Below are positions 21,759 through 33,301 of a stretch of 64,000 bases of DNA, piece by piece. The translations under genes and the position numbers were made by a program. Location of the stretch: positions 320,001 to 384,000 of the forward strand of contig CAVVUS010000011.1 in assembly GCA_963751345.1 (NCBI GenBank), in the 5' to 3' direction. How positions within the stretch are numbered: position 1 is the first letter of the stretch; each line of letters opens with the position of its first letter. Origin of the DNA: an uncultured Chloroflexia bacterium. GTDB taxonomy: Bacteria > Chloroflexota > Anaerolineae > B4-G1 > SLSP01. Under the pieces are notes generated by a model, which was given only the letters and a program-made list of their open reading frames with translations, was not told the DNA's origin and did not search any database.

Positions 21759-22835
21759 ATGGCAATGACATTCGCCGGTATTCAGGACCTGTTGGGCAAT
21801 GAGGCCGATTCGCTGTTGGGGCACAAGTGTGAGACGATCCTCAAGGAGCAACTGCATCTGCCGGGACCCGATTTTGTTGATCGGGTGGTGGCGCTGAGCG
21901 ACCGGCCCACACCCGTACTGCGCAATCTCCAGAGCCTCTTCGATCATGGCCGTCTGGGCGGGACCGGCTATCTGTCCATCCTGCCCGTTGATCAGGGCAT
22001 CGAGCACTCGGCCGGCGCCTCGTTCGCGCCGAACCCGATCTACTTCGATCCCGCGTATATCGTCGAACTCGCGATGGCGGGGGGCTGCAACGCCGTCGCA
22101 TCGACGCTCGGGGTCCTGGGCGCATGCGCCCGGAAGTACGCCCACAAGATCCCCTTCATCGTCAAGTTCAACCATAACGAACTGCTCACCTATCCGAATC
22201 GCTTCGACCAGATCTTCTTCGCTCAGATTGACCAGGCCTTCGATATGGGCGCCGTCGCCGTGGGCGCGACGATCTACTTCGGTTCGGAAGAGTCCGCACG
22301 CCAGATCGTGGATGTGAGCAAGGCCTTCCACAAAGCGCACGAGCTGGGTATGGCGACGGTGCTCTGGTGCTATCTGCGGAACTCCGCGTTCAAGCGCGAC
22401 GGCAAAGACTACGCGGTCAGCGCCGATCTGACGGGTCAGGCTAATCACCTGGGCGTGACCATTGAGGCCGACATCATCAAGCAGAAGCAGCCCGAACTCA
22501 ACGGCGGTTACACCGCGCTCAACATGGGTGAGTCGAGCTACGGCAAGATCGACAAGCGGGTCTATACCGAGCTCACGACCGATCATCCCATCGATCTCTG
22601 TCGTTACCAGCTCGCCAACTGCTACATGGGGCGCTCCGGCCTCATCAACTCAGGCGGCGCCTCGGGCGATAATGACCTGGTCCAGGCCGTGCGCACCGCG
22701 GTCATCAATAAGCGCGCTGGAGGCACAGGCCTGATCAGCGGGCGGAAGGCCTTCCAGAAGCCGATGGATCAGGGGGTAGAGGTGCTCAACGCCATCCAGG
22801 ATGTCTATCTCTGTGATGAGGTAACGATCGCCTAG
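21759..22835 (+). CDS. fbaB: Class I fructose-bisphosphate aldolase (FbaB/DhnA type)
   Basis: [47 protein letters not shown]. Confidence 0.96.
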   Translation: MAMTFAGIQDLLGNEADSLLGHKCETILKEQLHLPGPDFVDRVVALSDRPTPVLRNLQSLFDHGRLGGTGYLSILPVDQGIEHSAGASFAPNPIYFDPAYIVELAMAGGCNAVASTLGVLGACARKYAHKIPFIVKFNHNELLTYPNRFDQIFFAQIDQAFDMGAVAVGATIYFGSEESARQIVDVSKAFHKAHELGMATVLWCYLRNSAFKRDGKDYAVSADLTGQANHLGVTIEADIIKQKQPELNGGYTALNMGESSYGKIDKRVYTELTTDHPIDLCRYQLANCYMGRSGLINSGGASGDNDLVQAVRTAVINKRAGGTGLISGRKAFQKPMDQGVEVLNAIQDVYLCDEVTIA

Positions 22836-22895
22836 CGATCCCTGCATGGCTTAGCGACTGGACCAATCTTCCGAGATTGGTCCAGTCTTTTCTGA

Positions 22896-23645
22896 CTACA
22901 CCTTCCCCACGGGCGCGACGTAGATGGCGAACTCATCCTCCCCGTCCACGCCGAGCAGCGCGTCCAACTCGCTCTGGTTGTATGCGGCGATGGCGCAGAC
23001 ACCCGCGCCGATGGACTCGGCAGCCAGATAGAGGTTCTGGCAGACGTGTCCGGCGTCGATGCTGACGAACTTCGGTGCCATCGCCCCGTAACGCCACTCC
23101 GTCCGGTAGGGCACCGCCGTCCAGATGAAGGTGACGGCGCTCGCCGCAATGAATGTCTGACCGTTGCAGGCTGCCGCTGCCATCATCGGCAGTTCCGGGT
23201 CCAACTTGAGCTGCAGCAGCCGGTGCTCTACCGAGAGATAGCGGTAGAGACCGATCTCCAATCCTTCTACGCGGTTGACGACCAGATAGGTCTCAAACGG
23301 GTGGCGCGCGCCGGCTGAGGGTACGGTGCGGCGCAGTGCGCCGCCGCCGCGCCAGGTCCCGTGGACGCCCTGGGTGGCCCAGACGAGATAGGAGAGCTCC
23401 TCCAGCGTCAGCGATTCCTCCGCATATGCCCGGTGGCTTTGCCGGCGTGCGATGGCCTCGCGAACCGACAGTGTTCCGACCGAGAACTCGTCCGGCGGCA
23501 CGAGCTCAACCTGCGGCAGGTCGGCAGCGAACGGCTGCTCCAACGGGGGATGGGGGAGGCGCTTCTGCTGGTCGGTGCCCATCTTCCCGAACTCTGACCA
23601 TAGCTTGCTTTTCAGAAACTCACGATCGCTCTTGCTGTTTGGCAT
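22896..23645 (-). CDS. SagB/ThcOx-family FMN dehydrogenase (stand-alone)
   Basis: ARRQSHRAY, RTVPSAGARHPFETY, DAGHVCQNLYL. RBS AAGGAGAGG. Confidence 0.88.
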   Translation of the reverse strand: MPNSKSDREFLKSKLWSEFGKMGTDQQKRLPHPPLEQPFAADLPQVELVPPDEFSVGTLSVREAIARRQSHRAYAEESLTLEELSYLVWATQGVHGTWRGGGALRRTVPSAGARHPFETYLVVNRVEGLEIGLYRYLSVEHRLLQLKLDPELPMMAAAACNGQTFIAASAVTFIWTAVPYRTEWRYGAMAPKFVSIDAGHVCQNLYLAAESIGAGVCAIAAYNQSELDALLGVDGEDEFAIYVAPVGKV

Positions 23646-23689
23646 ATGGGGTTCCTCTCCTTGATGATCTTCTGGGAAACCAATCAGAG

Positions 23690-23730
23690 CCTTCCGGGAA
23701 GTTGCGCGGCACGCGCAGCTTCCCGGAAGG
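23690..23730. repeat. Palindromic element (CTTCCGGG...CCCGGAAG family)
   Basis: CCTTCCGGGAAGTTGCGCG-GCA-CGCGCAGCTTCCCGGAAGG. Confidence 0.65.
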
Positions 23731-23733
23731 TCA

Positions 23734-24207
23734 TCACCCTTGCTTGTATCCGACATCCGGCGGGAGATCCGGCTGCTGAGCGGCCTCCTTCGCCAGGATG
23801 TCGCATCGTTCGTTCCGGTGATTCCCCGCGTGGCCGCGAACCCAGACAAAGGCCACCTGATGCACTTTGCTTAGACGGAGCAGTTCCTCCCAGAGATCCG
23901 GGTTGAGCGCGGGCTCTTTCTTGTTGCGCATCCAGCCATTGGCGCGCCACCGTTCCGCCCAGCCCTTGGTCATCGCGTTCACCAGATACTGCGAGTCCGT
24001 GTGCAGGGTAACCTGACAGGGCTCCTTCAGGGCTTTCAGCGCCTCGATGGCTGCCAGAATCTCCATCCGGTTGTTGGTTGTGTGCCGGAAACCGCCGGAT
24101 AGCTCTCTTTCGTAGTCCCCGTGCTGGAGGATGACACCGTAGCCGCCCGGTCCGGGGTTCCCGAGCGCGCTGCCATCGGTGTAGGCGATCACGTGTTTTT
24201 TGTTCAT
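23734..24207 (-). CDS. rnhA: Ribonuclease HI
   Basis: [32 protein letters not shown]...NERCD. Confidence 0.97.
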   Translation of the reverse strand: MNKKHVIAYTDGSALGNPGPGGYGVILQHGDYERELSGGFRHTTNNRMEILAAIEALKALKEPCQVTLHTDSQYLVNAMTKGWAERWRANGWMRNKKEPALNPDLWEELLRLSKVHQVAFVWVRGHAGNHRNERCDILAKEAAQQPDLPPDVGYKQG

Positions 24208-24373
24208 AGGCGTATTGTAAGGAACGCGTCAGGAAAGACAACAACCCGTCAGTTGCCTTCTTCCGATCTCTGGGTATAGTGGATCTATGTCCTGCGCAAC
24301 GATGAGCAAGGGTCAGGTGGGGCAGAGGGTACGGCGCCGAGTGCGCCTGTGCGGTGCGTGCAGGGTCACCGCA

Positions 24374-25647
24374 TGAAGCTCCCTTTGTTCATCCGCTGAA
24401 GCTTCGGCTGATCCTGCGTCGTGTGCTCTCGCCTCTGCTTGCCGACTACGACCTCAATTCCGATCCCCACGCCGACCGAGCCGGCTGGCCTCGCTCTGAC
24501 TGCCGTGCCGCAAGAGCGGACGCTTCAGGCTGCACCGCCCATACCCACGGTCGCGACCGCGCCAATGATGGCGCCGACGAATCCCGCGAGTGCATCTGCC
24601 GCAACCGCGGTCGAGCCGCCGGCAGCGGTGGCGGTGCCCGCAGAGCCCACGGCCGAGATCGCGGCTGCAGCATCGTACACTGTGCAGCCGGGGGACACAC
24701 TGTTGGGCATCGCGATGAAGTTCGATGTGCCCATGGCCGCTGTCCAATTGCGGAACAATCTGGGAGAGGCCACCACAGTCCGCCTGGACCAGGTGCTGGA
24801 GATCCCCGCCTCACAGGCGTGGCCCGACGCCTCGCCGTTCTGGATCCTGCACGAGGTCACATCCGGGGAGACGTTCGGTGAAATTGCTGCAGCCTATGGG
24901 CTGGCTTTGGGTGACCTCCAGGCCGCCAACGCGTCCCTGACTCGGATCTCATCTGCGGTCGGCCAGGACTCGTCCTCCCCCTCGGCTATCCGGCTGATCT
25001 GCTCGCGAAGGCCAGTCGTCGCATCCGATGACGTCGCACCGGCTCCGGAACCAACCGCAACGCTCGCCGCCGTCGCGCAGGCGGAGCCCGAGTCCCTGCT
25101 GGCGGCCGATTCGGTCGCGGTGACTGAGGGGGACGCGGAGGCGGATCCGCCCGCCGTCGAGGAGCGGCGGTGCGAGCTCCGCCCGACCCACTACCGACAG
25201 AAGCGCCGGAGTCGCCCGATACGGCGCTCCCGCTCCGCCCCGGATCTCGCCGCACTGCCCGGTGAGATCTTCCGCCTGCTTAACGAGCAGCGCGCCGCCT
25301 ACGGGCTTCCGGCGCTCCTGTGGAACGACACGCTTGCCTCCGCAGCGCAGCGGCACGCCGATGATTGCGAGGCGCAGGGTTGGTGCGGACACACCGGCTC
25401 GGATGGCTCAAGCTATAGGGACCGCATAATCCGCGAGGGGTATGACCCCGTGCGATGGTCGGAGTGCTGGGCCTGGTACGGCTCTGCGGAGCGCGCGGTC
25501 GCCATGTGGATGGACGAGGCGCCTCCCAATGATCCCCACCGCCGGACGATTCTGAGCGATTACCTCACAGAGGTCGGCGTGGGGGTCGTGCCAGGCAACG
25601 GCTTTGGGTATTACTTCATCGCCGATTTCGGTACGCCCAACAACTGA
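24374..25647 (+). CDS. LysM + CAP(SCP) domain exported protein; start uncertain, probably frameshifted
   Basis: YTVQPGDTLLGIA, HEVTSGETFGEIA, LLNEQRAAYGL, HTGSDGS, HRRTIL...EVGVG. Confidence 0.8.
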
Positions 25648-25670
25648 GCTCGTGGCTCCCGGTCGTTGCC

Positions 25671-25802
25671 GAGACGGGGCGGCGCCCCGTCTTGCGGACG
25701 CAGCGTGACCACCGCTGATCGGCGTTCTACGCCGCAGGCCGGATCTCCATGTGCGATGGTCACGCGGCGTGCAGGAAGACGCGCCACCGGTGCGTCTCTA
25801 CG
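25671..25802. repeat. REP-like palindrome doublet, copy 1
   Basis: GAGACGGGGCGGCGCCCCGTCT ... GAAGACGCGCCACCGGTGCGTCTCTACG. Same architecture at 48105-48234. Confidence 0.75.
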
Positions 25803-27282
25803 ATAGCCCATATTTTCGCGACAGGAACTCGTCGGCGGGCTGTTTGAGCATCAGGTGGAGCAGCAAATCCCGCTGGGTCCTGATGAACGGCAGATCGCCG
25901 ACGGCGATGTCCTCAAGCACCGGGTGCAGGTAGGAGGCGGGCCGGTAGCGCATAGGCTCCTCGCCGCTGCCCAGGACCGCTTGTACGACCTCCGGATTGG
26001 GTGGTACCGGCGTTCGCCCAAACTCACCGCGCAGCAACATCCTGAACTCATTGGAGACCATCTGGTATCGCCCCATCATCACGTTGAACGTGGCCTGCGC
26101 GCCGACGATTTGGCTGGTGGGCGTCACCAGCGGAACGTAGCCGACGTCGGCGCGGACCCGCGGTACCTCCTCCAGGATCTCGCCAAGCCGCGCCTCTTGC
26201 CCCATCTGCTGCAGCTGGTTGTGGAGGTTCGACAGCATGCCGCCGGGGATCTGGGCGTCGAGGATCTCGTCATCGTGAGCGGGGTATCCCAGGGATCCAA
26301 GCAAGTCACGCATCAGGGCCCGTGCGCGCCGCAAGTCCTGCGCCTCTGCTTTTTCGACCAAGGCCAGGATCTCGTCGACGCGCCGCCGGTCGACGTCGGC
26401 ATACGAGATGGGGCGATGGGTCCGGTTGTCGTCTGAGATGAAAGGCGCCAGCTGCTCGAAGGCATCGAAGAGCTTCGCCTGGGCCTTGAGGATCATAGCT
26501 TTGTCGAGGCCGTGTTCGATACCCATGGCCTCTGCAAAAACGATCAGGACTTCTACCGGCGGGTGCGAGGTGCCACCGGCAAAGGGTGTGATCGCCGTAT
26601 CGATCACGTCGATCCCTTCCTGCATGGCAATCACGGCATTCAGAGTGGCAAGTCCGGTCGTCGTGTGCCCGTGGAAGCCCACCGGTACCTTGAGGGCAGC
26701 TTTGAGCCTATGGAAGAGCTCTAGGGCGTCGGCAGGGCGCAGCAGTCCCGCCATATCCTTGACCGCGACCCGATCTGCCCCCTCATCTTCCAGCCGCTGC
26801 CCCAGGGCCACGTAGTAATCGGTCGTGTGAACGGGGCTGACGGTGTAGCTCATGGCGGCCTCGACCTGGCCCCCGTAGGCTTTGACGGCCAACATCGCGA
26901 TCTGGAGGTTGCGCCAGTCGTTGAGCGCATCGAAGATGCGTATGAGGCCTGTGCCCGAACGAACCGCTTCTCGCACGAACGCGATCACGAGATCGTCGGG
27001 AAAGGGCTGGTAGGCAAAGAGATTCTGTCCTCTGAGTAGCGTCCGTAGTTTCTTGGGTTCCTCGAGCACGCGGTGGAATGCGTCCAGGCGCTCCCAGGGA
27101 TCCTCGTCGAGATAGCGAACACAACTGTCCAATGTCGCGCCGCCCCAAAGCTCAATAGCCTGGTAGCCCACGCGGCGGATGATGTCGAGGACGCCCGTGG
27201 CCTGCGCCGTGGTCATCCTCGTGGCTGCGAGGCTCTGTTGCCCGTCTCGCAGCGTTAGATCGGCGAATTCGATGCGATGCAA
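25798..27282 (-). CDS. Pyruvate carboxylase B / oxaloacetate decarboxylase alpha-type carboxyltransferase (no biotinyl domain)
   Basis: LRDGQQSL, WGGATLD, LLRGQNL, VKDMAGLL, QIPGGML, PLVTPTSQIVG. TTG start with RBS AAAGGGAG. Confidence 0.9.
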   Translation of the reverse strand: MHRIEFADLTLRDGQQSLAATRMTTAQATGVLDIIRRVGYQAIELWGGATLDSCVRYLDEDPWERLDAFHRVLEEPKKLRTLLRGQNLFAYQPFPDDLVIAFVREAVRSGTGLIRIFDALNDWRNLQIAMLAVKAYGGQVEAAMSYTVSPVHTTDYYVALGQRLEDEGADRVAVKDMAGLLRPADALELFHRLKAALKVPVGFHGHTTTGLATLNAVIAMQEGIDVIDTAITPFAGGTSHPPVEVLIVFAEAMGIEHGLDKAMILKAQAKLFDAFEQLAPFISDDNRTHRPISYADVDRRRVDEILALVEKAEAQDLRRARALMRDLLGSLGYPAHDDEILDAQIPGGMLSNLHNQLQQMGQEARLGEILEEVPRVRADVGYVPLVTPTSQIVGAQATFNVMMGRYQMVSNEFRMLLRGEFGRTPVPPNPEVVQAVLGSGEEPMRYRPASYLHPVLEDIAVGDLPFIRTQRDLLLHLMLKQPADEFLSRKYGLS

Positions 27283-27295
27283 TGCTGACTCCCTT

Positions 27296-28078
27296 TCATA
27301 TAATAATGGCCCCCACAAGACAGAGACCCATCCCAACGGCTCCGGCCACGGCGGGGCCGTAGAGCGGCCAAATGACAATCTGTCCGACACTCTCCATCAG
27401 CCAGGTGAGCGCGTAGATCAGGCTGAGTGCCGCCCACGGGGTATCCGCGGATGGCATGATCCGGATCACCGCCCACGTCATGAGCGCGGACACGGCGAAC
27501 CATCCCGCGTAGTTGGTCCAGGGAACGCCGAAGAATCCTGCGCCTTGCTGGGGCTCGCCGTCCGGCCCGGACCACGTCCATAGATGCCACGCGACCATCT
27601 GAGGGTCCAGAAACAGATCCCAGGCCGTGAATGCCAGCGCGCTCGCCAGGATGAAGAGCACCCCTTGATGGCTGCCGGAGATCGCGCCGCCAACCGCCCA
27701 CGCAGGGGGCAGCATCATCAGCCACGCCAGCGGGATCTGCACGGGTACTTTGCCTAGCTGCGGCTGCAGCCGGTCGGTATAGGCATACCTACCGAAGGGG
27801 AAGCCCGTGTGTAAGCCTACGAACTCCGCCGACCAGGCCAGGACCGCAACGGTAGCAACCACGAGCAGCGAGGGCCCGACGCCCCATGCGGGGATCAGGA
27901 TGGCAACCACAGTGGAGGCCTGAAGTAACACGCCGGCGTTGATGCACCATACCTGCGCTCTTTCTCCCCAACGTACCTGGAGGGTGGGGAGGCTGATCAT
28001 CACCGCAAGCCAGGCGATCATCAGGTAGATGGCCGGCAGGGTCAACTGCTGGGGCAAGGCCGCGAGCCAGCTTACCAT
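27296..28078 (-). CDS. CruF/DUF422-like carotenoid biosynthesis membrane protein
   Basis: EFVGLHTGFPFGRYAY, VPVQIPLAW, AWDLFLDPQM, FFGVPWTNYAGW. Confidence 0.85.
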   Translation of the reverse strand: MVSWLAALPQQLTLPAIYLMIAWLAVMISLPTLQVRWGERAQVWCINAGVLLQASTVVAILIPAWGVGPSLLVVATVAVLAWSAEFVGLHTGFPFGRYAYTDRLQPQLGKVPVQIPLAWLMMLPPAWAVGGAISGSHQGVLFILASALAFTAWDLFLDPQMVAWHLWTWSGPDGEPQQGAGFFGVPWTNYAGWFAVSALMTWAVIRIMPSADTPWAALSLIYALTWLMESVGQIVIWPLYGPAVAGAVGMGLCLVGAIII

Positions 28079-29096
28079 GCAGGAGGATTCCGAGCATCCG
28101 GGCCGGCGTGGTCAACAGCGGGGCGACATCGCCGCCGATCTCCATCCCCGCATAGCGGCCTGTATCCTCGAAGAGTCGTGGCCCCGGTGTGACGTGCGAT
28201 CATGCGCACGTCGACCGTGGCGCTGAGGGTCTCCGGGACAGGACGTCCCATGTCGACCCTGCTCGGCCCGCGCAGCCTGCCCGTCTCGGCCCGCGGGCCC
28301 CGGATCTCGAGACGATAGAGTGCGTCCTCCACAGTCCAGTGCAGCTCATTGTCGGCGACGGCCAGGTGGGTAGTCCTGGCTCCCGTGTACGTCGCGAAGC
28401 GATACAGCGTGCCACTGGTGGTAGAGGCCGATGATGAAGCCCGGGAAGGCTCGTCCGATCCACGGTATCATCGCGATCGAAGCCGTGAGACAGACGCCCG
28501 GCGTGCTGAAGTGGTTGGACTGCGTCCATACCCAGCCGGAGGGGAACGATTGTCCCCAATCCTTCTCAATGTAGCCTCGCCCGTCCCCGAAGTCGTAGCT
28601 CGCCGATCCTGCGCTCAGGCTCCCACTCAAGCCGTGGTCCAGGCTAAGGACGCCGTGGTAGCACTCCATCCGCGGGACCCAGGCATACCATCCCATAATG
28701 CCCGGCGATGCGAGGGTCACCGGCCATGGCTTGGGGTCGGTCAAAACGAATGTTACCCTTGAGCGGAATCTCGGTCTCCTGCAGGTCAAGCTCCATTCCC
28801 CGCCAGGAGAACCGGTTTGGCCCCACGCGCACGTCGAGTGTCTGCTCCCGGGCGGAGAACGCCGACACCGGGTATCGCCGGTAGACCGTCTGGCCTGAGA
28901 CCCCGTCCAGCACCTGGACGAAGCTGTGCGGGCCGCCGCCGCGCTCGCCCAATGAGATGCCGGGAATGATCGCGTACCGGTGCTGCTCGCTTGCATCCAC
29001 CAATTTGAAGTACCAACCCTCGAAGTAGGCCCGACGCTGGCCGCGCCCGTGGTAGCCCTCGGGGTACATCTGGCTGGCGATGATCGGCAGCATCAC
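28072..29096 (-). CDS. Tocopherol-cyclase-family protein (2-3 frameshifts)
   Basis: YFEGWYFK, GIMGWY...MECYHG, GYIEKDWG.SFP..WVWTQ, spread over ORFs 28644..29096, 28346..28996 and 28072..28332. Confidence 0.8.
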
Positions 29097-29551
29097 GCCT
29101 CCTCCGGATCGGAGCCGAGAAGCAGAGCGTGGGCCAGATCAAAGAGCAGGAGGAAGGCGCCCTGAACGGCGATGCCCCATCCGGTTCCCTTCGAGAAGCG
29201 ACTGCCGCGTCCTTTTCTGGCGGCAAGTGAGAGGCCCCCGGCAACGTATCCGGCGTCCAGACCGACGTTGATCCACAGCAGCCGGCGCAGGGCCAACCTG
29301 ACTCTCCTTTGTTCGAGTGCGGTGTGCGCTTCCGGGACGCCGGATCGGCGTCGTGCCTGGGATAACCCAAGCCGGCCGATGGTCGCGTTGATGGCACCCC
29401 AGCCGATGGCCTGCGTCCCAAAGCCGGCATAGAACCGGTCGGGCAGTCTGCGGATGAGTGCGCCTGCACCCATGCTCACGCGGCCCCATTGCAGGAGCTG
29501 CCGGGCTAGAGTGGCCTGGGCCTGCCAAATGTCGCCATGGACGTCGCTCAC
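29093..29551 (-). CDS. Small membrane protein of unknown function
   Basis: RBS GGAGGAGG + GTG. GWGAINA, NVGLDAGYV, QGAFLLLFD. Confidence 0.7.
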   Translation of the reverse strand: MSDVHGDIWQAQATLARQLLQWGRVSMGAGALIRRLPDRFYAGFGTQAIGWGAINATIGRLGLSQARRRSGVPEAHTALEQRRVRLALRRLLWINVGLDAGYVAGGLSLAARKGRGSRFSKGTGWGIAVQGAFLLLFDLAHALLLGSDPEEA

Positions 29552-29842
29552 ATTCACCTCCTCCATAACACCGAACTGCCGCCTTAGTTCCGCTGTTGGG
29601 CCGAAAGGATGAAACAGCGGCTGACTGACCGTGCCTGCCACGAGATTACGTATTCTACCAGCCTGTGGCCCGTGGTGTAGTGTGGCGGGGGTGATGTGCG
29701 ATTGGAGAAGGTGCAAACGATCGCTTGGTTTGGGGAGATGCGTGCGGGGGAGACTGGCGTGCGTACATATGAGAGACGTCCATCCCGTGCGTCTCGACGT
29801 CATGCAGGATGGCGTGGTACAACTCGGCTGCTGCTCCGCACG

Positions 29843-31042
29843 CTAACCTGACGGTCCGATTCGCCGTTCGCTATCTGTATCGAAGTAATAGAGCGCCTCC
29901 ACGGGGAGGACCACGCGTACGTCATAGCCCTGGGTGAGGCGCATGTCCAGGGGTGCTAGGACGCTCACCGCGAGGTCGCCGGCGCTGACGTAGGCCGTCT
30001 GCTGCCGGCGGCCGAAATCGGGCTCCACCACGTCAATGGTGCCGACGAACGTCAGCCCGGCAGCGGGGGCTGCATCGTTGGTCGGCCCGACCAAAGCCGC
30101 CTCGGGTCGGATGCCGATCGTGATCCGCTGGCCGTTGTGCACCGATGAAGCCAGCTCGGCCGGGATCGGAAAGCCGTGGCTCTGATCTATGACGAACCGG
30201 CCGCCGGACACCTCTGCGCCAATCAGGTTCATCGGAGGTTGGCCGAGAAAACCGGCGACGAAGAGATTCGTCGGGTCCTGCAGGATCTGCCAGAAGTTGC
30301 CCTCCTGCTCGATGCGGCCCGCTCGCATAACCGCGATGCTGTCAGCCAGGGCCATCGCTTCCGTCTGGTCGTGCGTGACGTACAGCGCCGTGATGCCAAA
30401 TCTGTGCAGCAACCACTTGATCTCCGTGCGCGTCCGGACGCGCAGCTTGGCATCCAGGTTCGAAAGGGGCTCATCGAAGAGAAAAAGCTCAGGCTGTCGC
30501 ACCAAAGCACGGGCTATGGCAAGCCGCTGTTGCTGTCCACCGGAGAGGGTGCCGGGCTTCCGCTTGAGGAGCGCCTGGAATCCAATGCCCATCATCTCGG
30601 AGGTCACCCGAATGCGCTCCTCCGCCTCCGCATCCGGCGCGTGATGGACCTGGAAGAAGAAGCTGAGATTCCCACGTCCGCGGAAATGTGGGTATAGGGC
30701 GTAGCTTTGGAAGACCATGCCGATGGTGCGGTCGCCGGGGGAGACCCCGCGCACGTCGCGACCATCGTAGGCGACGGTTCCCTCATAGTCCGTGAGACCG
30801 GCGACGACTCTGAGCAGCGTGCTCTTGCCGCAACCTGACGGGCCGACGACGACGGTCGTGGTGCCGTCAGGCACCACGAGGCTCAGGTGGTCGAGCGCAC
30901 GGACTTCCTCGGACGCCCCTGAATCAGGAGATCCGTCGCCGGCGCCAACATCCCCCGTCGTCCGCTTGCCACCGACCCATGTCGGCCCACCTGTGCCGGA
31001 CTTGAACACCTTGCTGACATCTTCCAGGCGAATCTCTGCCAC
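29843..31042 (-). CDS. MalK-like ABC ATP-binding protein with TOBE domain
   Basis: GPSGCGKS, MVFQSYALYPH, LSGGQQQR, FDEPLSNLD. Confidence 0.93.
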   Translation of the reverse strand: MAEIRLEDVSKVFKSGTGGPTWVGGKRTTGDVGAGDGSPDSGASEEVRALDHLSLVVPDGTTTVVVGPSGCGKSTLLRVVAGLTDYEGTVAYDGRDVRGVSPGDRTIGMVFQSYALYPHFRGRGNLSFFFQVHHAPDAEAEERIRVTSEMMGIGFQALLKRKPGTLSGGQQQRLAIARALVRQPELFLFDEPLSNLDAKLRVRTRTEIKWLLHRFGITALYVTHDQTEAMALADSIAVMRAGRIEQEGNFWQILQDPTNLFVAGFLGQPPMNLIGAEVSGGRFVIDQSHGFPIPAELASSVHNGQRITIGIRPEAALVGPTNDAAPAAGLTFVGTIDVVEPDFGRRQQTAYVSAGDLAVSVLAPLDMRLTQGYDVRVVLPVEALYYFDTDSERRIGPSG

Positions 31043-31057
31043 GTCCTCTTTCTTCCT

Positions 31058-31763
31058 CTATGCAGAGCCGGACGTATCGGTGTCCTTCTGCTTCTTACCG
31101 AACCTGCGCACGAGCGCCGCGATGAGCGGCGCCCCCACCATCACGACGACGTTCATCGCAATCGCTACTGCGAATTGCCACGACGTGGGGTCGGTCACGG
31201 AGGCTCCCAGGAGCACAAGTCCGACGCTGCCCGGGATGATGCCCAACGGCGTGGCAATCAGATAGGTGGCAAGCCGAACCTTGGTGAGACCTGCGACGTA
31301 GTTCTGGATTTCCCAGGGCAACACGGGAACCAGCCGCAACATCAGGATGAAGACGAACCCCCCCTGTCCCTCAGAGCGCGCATAGATCTCCTGGAGTCTC
31401 TCGCCCTTGATCTTCGACTCCACCCACTCGCGGCCAAGCTGACGCGCAAGGTTGAAGGGGATGAGGGAGGAGAACGTAGCGATGCAAATCACCAGGACCG
31501 AGCCCCACAGCGTCCCGAAAAGCAGCCCGCTGATTGGAGACAGGACCACCGTCATGAAGGGGATAGGGGCGCTGACGACGTAGATGACGGTATAAGCCAC
31601 CGGGGCCCACGCCCCAAACCCGCGAACGAAGGCTTCCACGTTCGGCGCTGTTGACGCTGTGGAACATCCGGAAGTAGAGCCAAGCTGTGACTGCGAAGAC
31701 GCCGAATACTACGACCACCAGTGGGATCTGGTACCATTTCCTGCGTGACTGCTCTTGCTCCAC
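31058..31763 (-). CDS. TVP38/TMEM64 (DedA/VTT) membrane protein (frameshift ~31640)
   Basis: GLLFGTLWG, LRLVPVLPW...NYVAGLT. RBS GAGGAGG before GTG 31763. Confidence 0.85.
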
Positions 31764-31764
31764 G

Positions 31765-32538
31765 TTAAGCCTCCTCGCCTGACCGGCTGCCGTCCACCTG
31801 CTTCCCGTGCTCTTTCGCATAGCTCCGGGCGATGTCGTCGGCCGTGGATCCCAGATAGAGGTACCGGAGCACGTTCCAGATCACTCGCCCTAAGTATACT
31901 AGCGATCCCTGCTGAAGATAACGTACACTCGACGTGACGATGCGGTCGGGGAGGAGGACGATCCTTCCGCGCCGGTGCAGGGCCCTGGCCATTTCGACAT
32001 CCTCCATCAGGGGAAGCTCCGGAAAGCCGCCGATCGCTTCAAATACCGCTCGATACATGAACTGGGCGCGATCTCCGTGGATGACGCGCCAATCCGCCGG
32101 AAAGCGAACGTGGTTGATCAGCCAAAGCAGTGGGCCGCGCTGTGGTTCGTATCGGACCTGAAATGCGCCGCCACTGACCCCGGGTCGCGCGAGGGTGTCG
32201 ATGACGGCGTCTCGCCACCCGGCCGGAAGCCTGGAATCGGCATGGCAGAAAACGAGGATGTCGCCTCGGGCTGCATCCGCGCCGCGGTTCATCTGAACCG
32301 CACGTCCCCGTGGCGCGTTGATGGCTTGTGCCCCTTCTGGCACGCGCTCGACGGTCCGATCCGTGCTGCCACCATCGGCGACGATGATCTCGACTTCGCT
32401 GGAGAGGTAGGTGCGCCGTGCTGCCTCAACACACGATCGGATGTTCAGCGCTTCGTTGAGCGTCGGGATGATGACGGAGACAAGGACAGTCGCCGGCACG
32501 TCAGGGATACGCCGAAGCCGTCGGGTGTCGCTGCCCAC
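31765..32538 (-). CDS. GT2 glycosyltransferase, TIGR04283 type
   Basis: VSVIIPTLNEA, DGGSTD, GRAVQMNRGA, FCHADS, GDRAQF, GGFPELPLMEDV. Confidence 0.88.
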   Translation of the reverse strand: MGSDTRRLRRIPDVPATVLVSVIIPTLNEALNIRSCVEAARRTYLSSEVEIIVADGGSTDRTVERVPEGAQAINAPRGRAVQMNRGADAARGDILVFCHADSRLPAGWRDAVIDTLARPGVSGGAFQVRYEPQRGPLLWLINHVRFPADWRVIHGDRAQFMYRAVFEAIGGFPELPLMEDVEMARALHRRGRIVLLPDRIVTSSVRYLQQGSLVYLGRVIWNVLRYLYLGSTADDIARSYAKEHGKQVDGSRSGEEA

Positions 32539-32655
32539 AGGGACTCCTCTCGCTGTTATCGCATGGACGTGCTGATCCCGGCGGATCTTACGTCCCATCC
32601 TGACGCCGCAGGCCGTCGTAGAGACGACCCGCCGGGTTGCCGTCCGCCCCGTAGG

Positions 32656-33301
32656 TCACCGGTGGTCGTAAGGTTGTCCCAGCGTCCGGACCCACACCCC
32701 GTAGTCCTCGACGACATCCATGTCCGTCAATTCGGGCAATCGCACGAGGGAGATGTGGTGCGCCTGCGCCGACGTCTCGGTCTGCGTCAGCACCTCAGAC
32801 GTGCTCCAGGCGATCTCGTCAAAAAGGGGTGCCCCCGGCGCCTGCATGCCGATGAGGTAGTAGCCACCGTCTGCTGCCGGCCCGATGACGCCCGGGATGA
32901 CACCGTCCACGGGTGCCGTCCGAAGTACGCCAAAGGCGTTCCGGATGATGGCAACCGTAAGGCCGGGGATATCGCTGCCCACCAGCACCACCGTGTCTGC
33001 GCCTTCCTCAAAGGCCCGCTCGAAGGAGACGGCCATCCGGGTGCCCAGGTCGCCGGGCGCCTGGGGCCGAACGAGGAACTCGGGGAAGGCGCTCTCGAAG
33101 TAGGCGCAGTCGTCGGGCGTTGCCACGGCCAATTCCACGGCGGTGTCGGGCATCGTCGGCGATGGCGACCTCGTTCAGCAGTTTGTACATGAGCCGCGCA
33201 TAGACGCCGGCCGCCTGCTCACACCCGATACTGGCGCCAAGGCGGGTCTTGGCGTGATTCGGCAGCGGGCGCTTGGCATAGATGATGAGGTGCTGTCTCA
33301 C
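32656..33301 (-). CDS. TIGR04282/DUF2064 (CofC-like) transferase (frameshift ~33150)
   Basis: IIYAKRP...AKTRL, Q..GDLGTRM, VGSDIP, GPAADGGYYLIG, IAWST, DMD. Confidence 0.85.

Noticed and set aside
22896-23645. RiPP (TOMM) cluster around the SagB-like gene
   Set aside because: No YcaO, E1-like protein or precursor peptide nearby.
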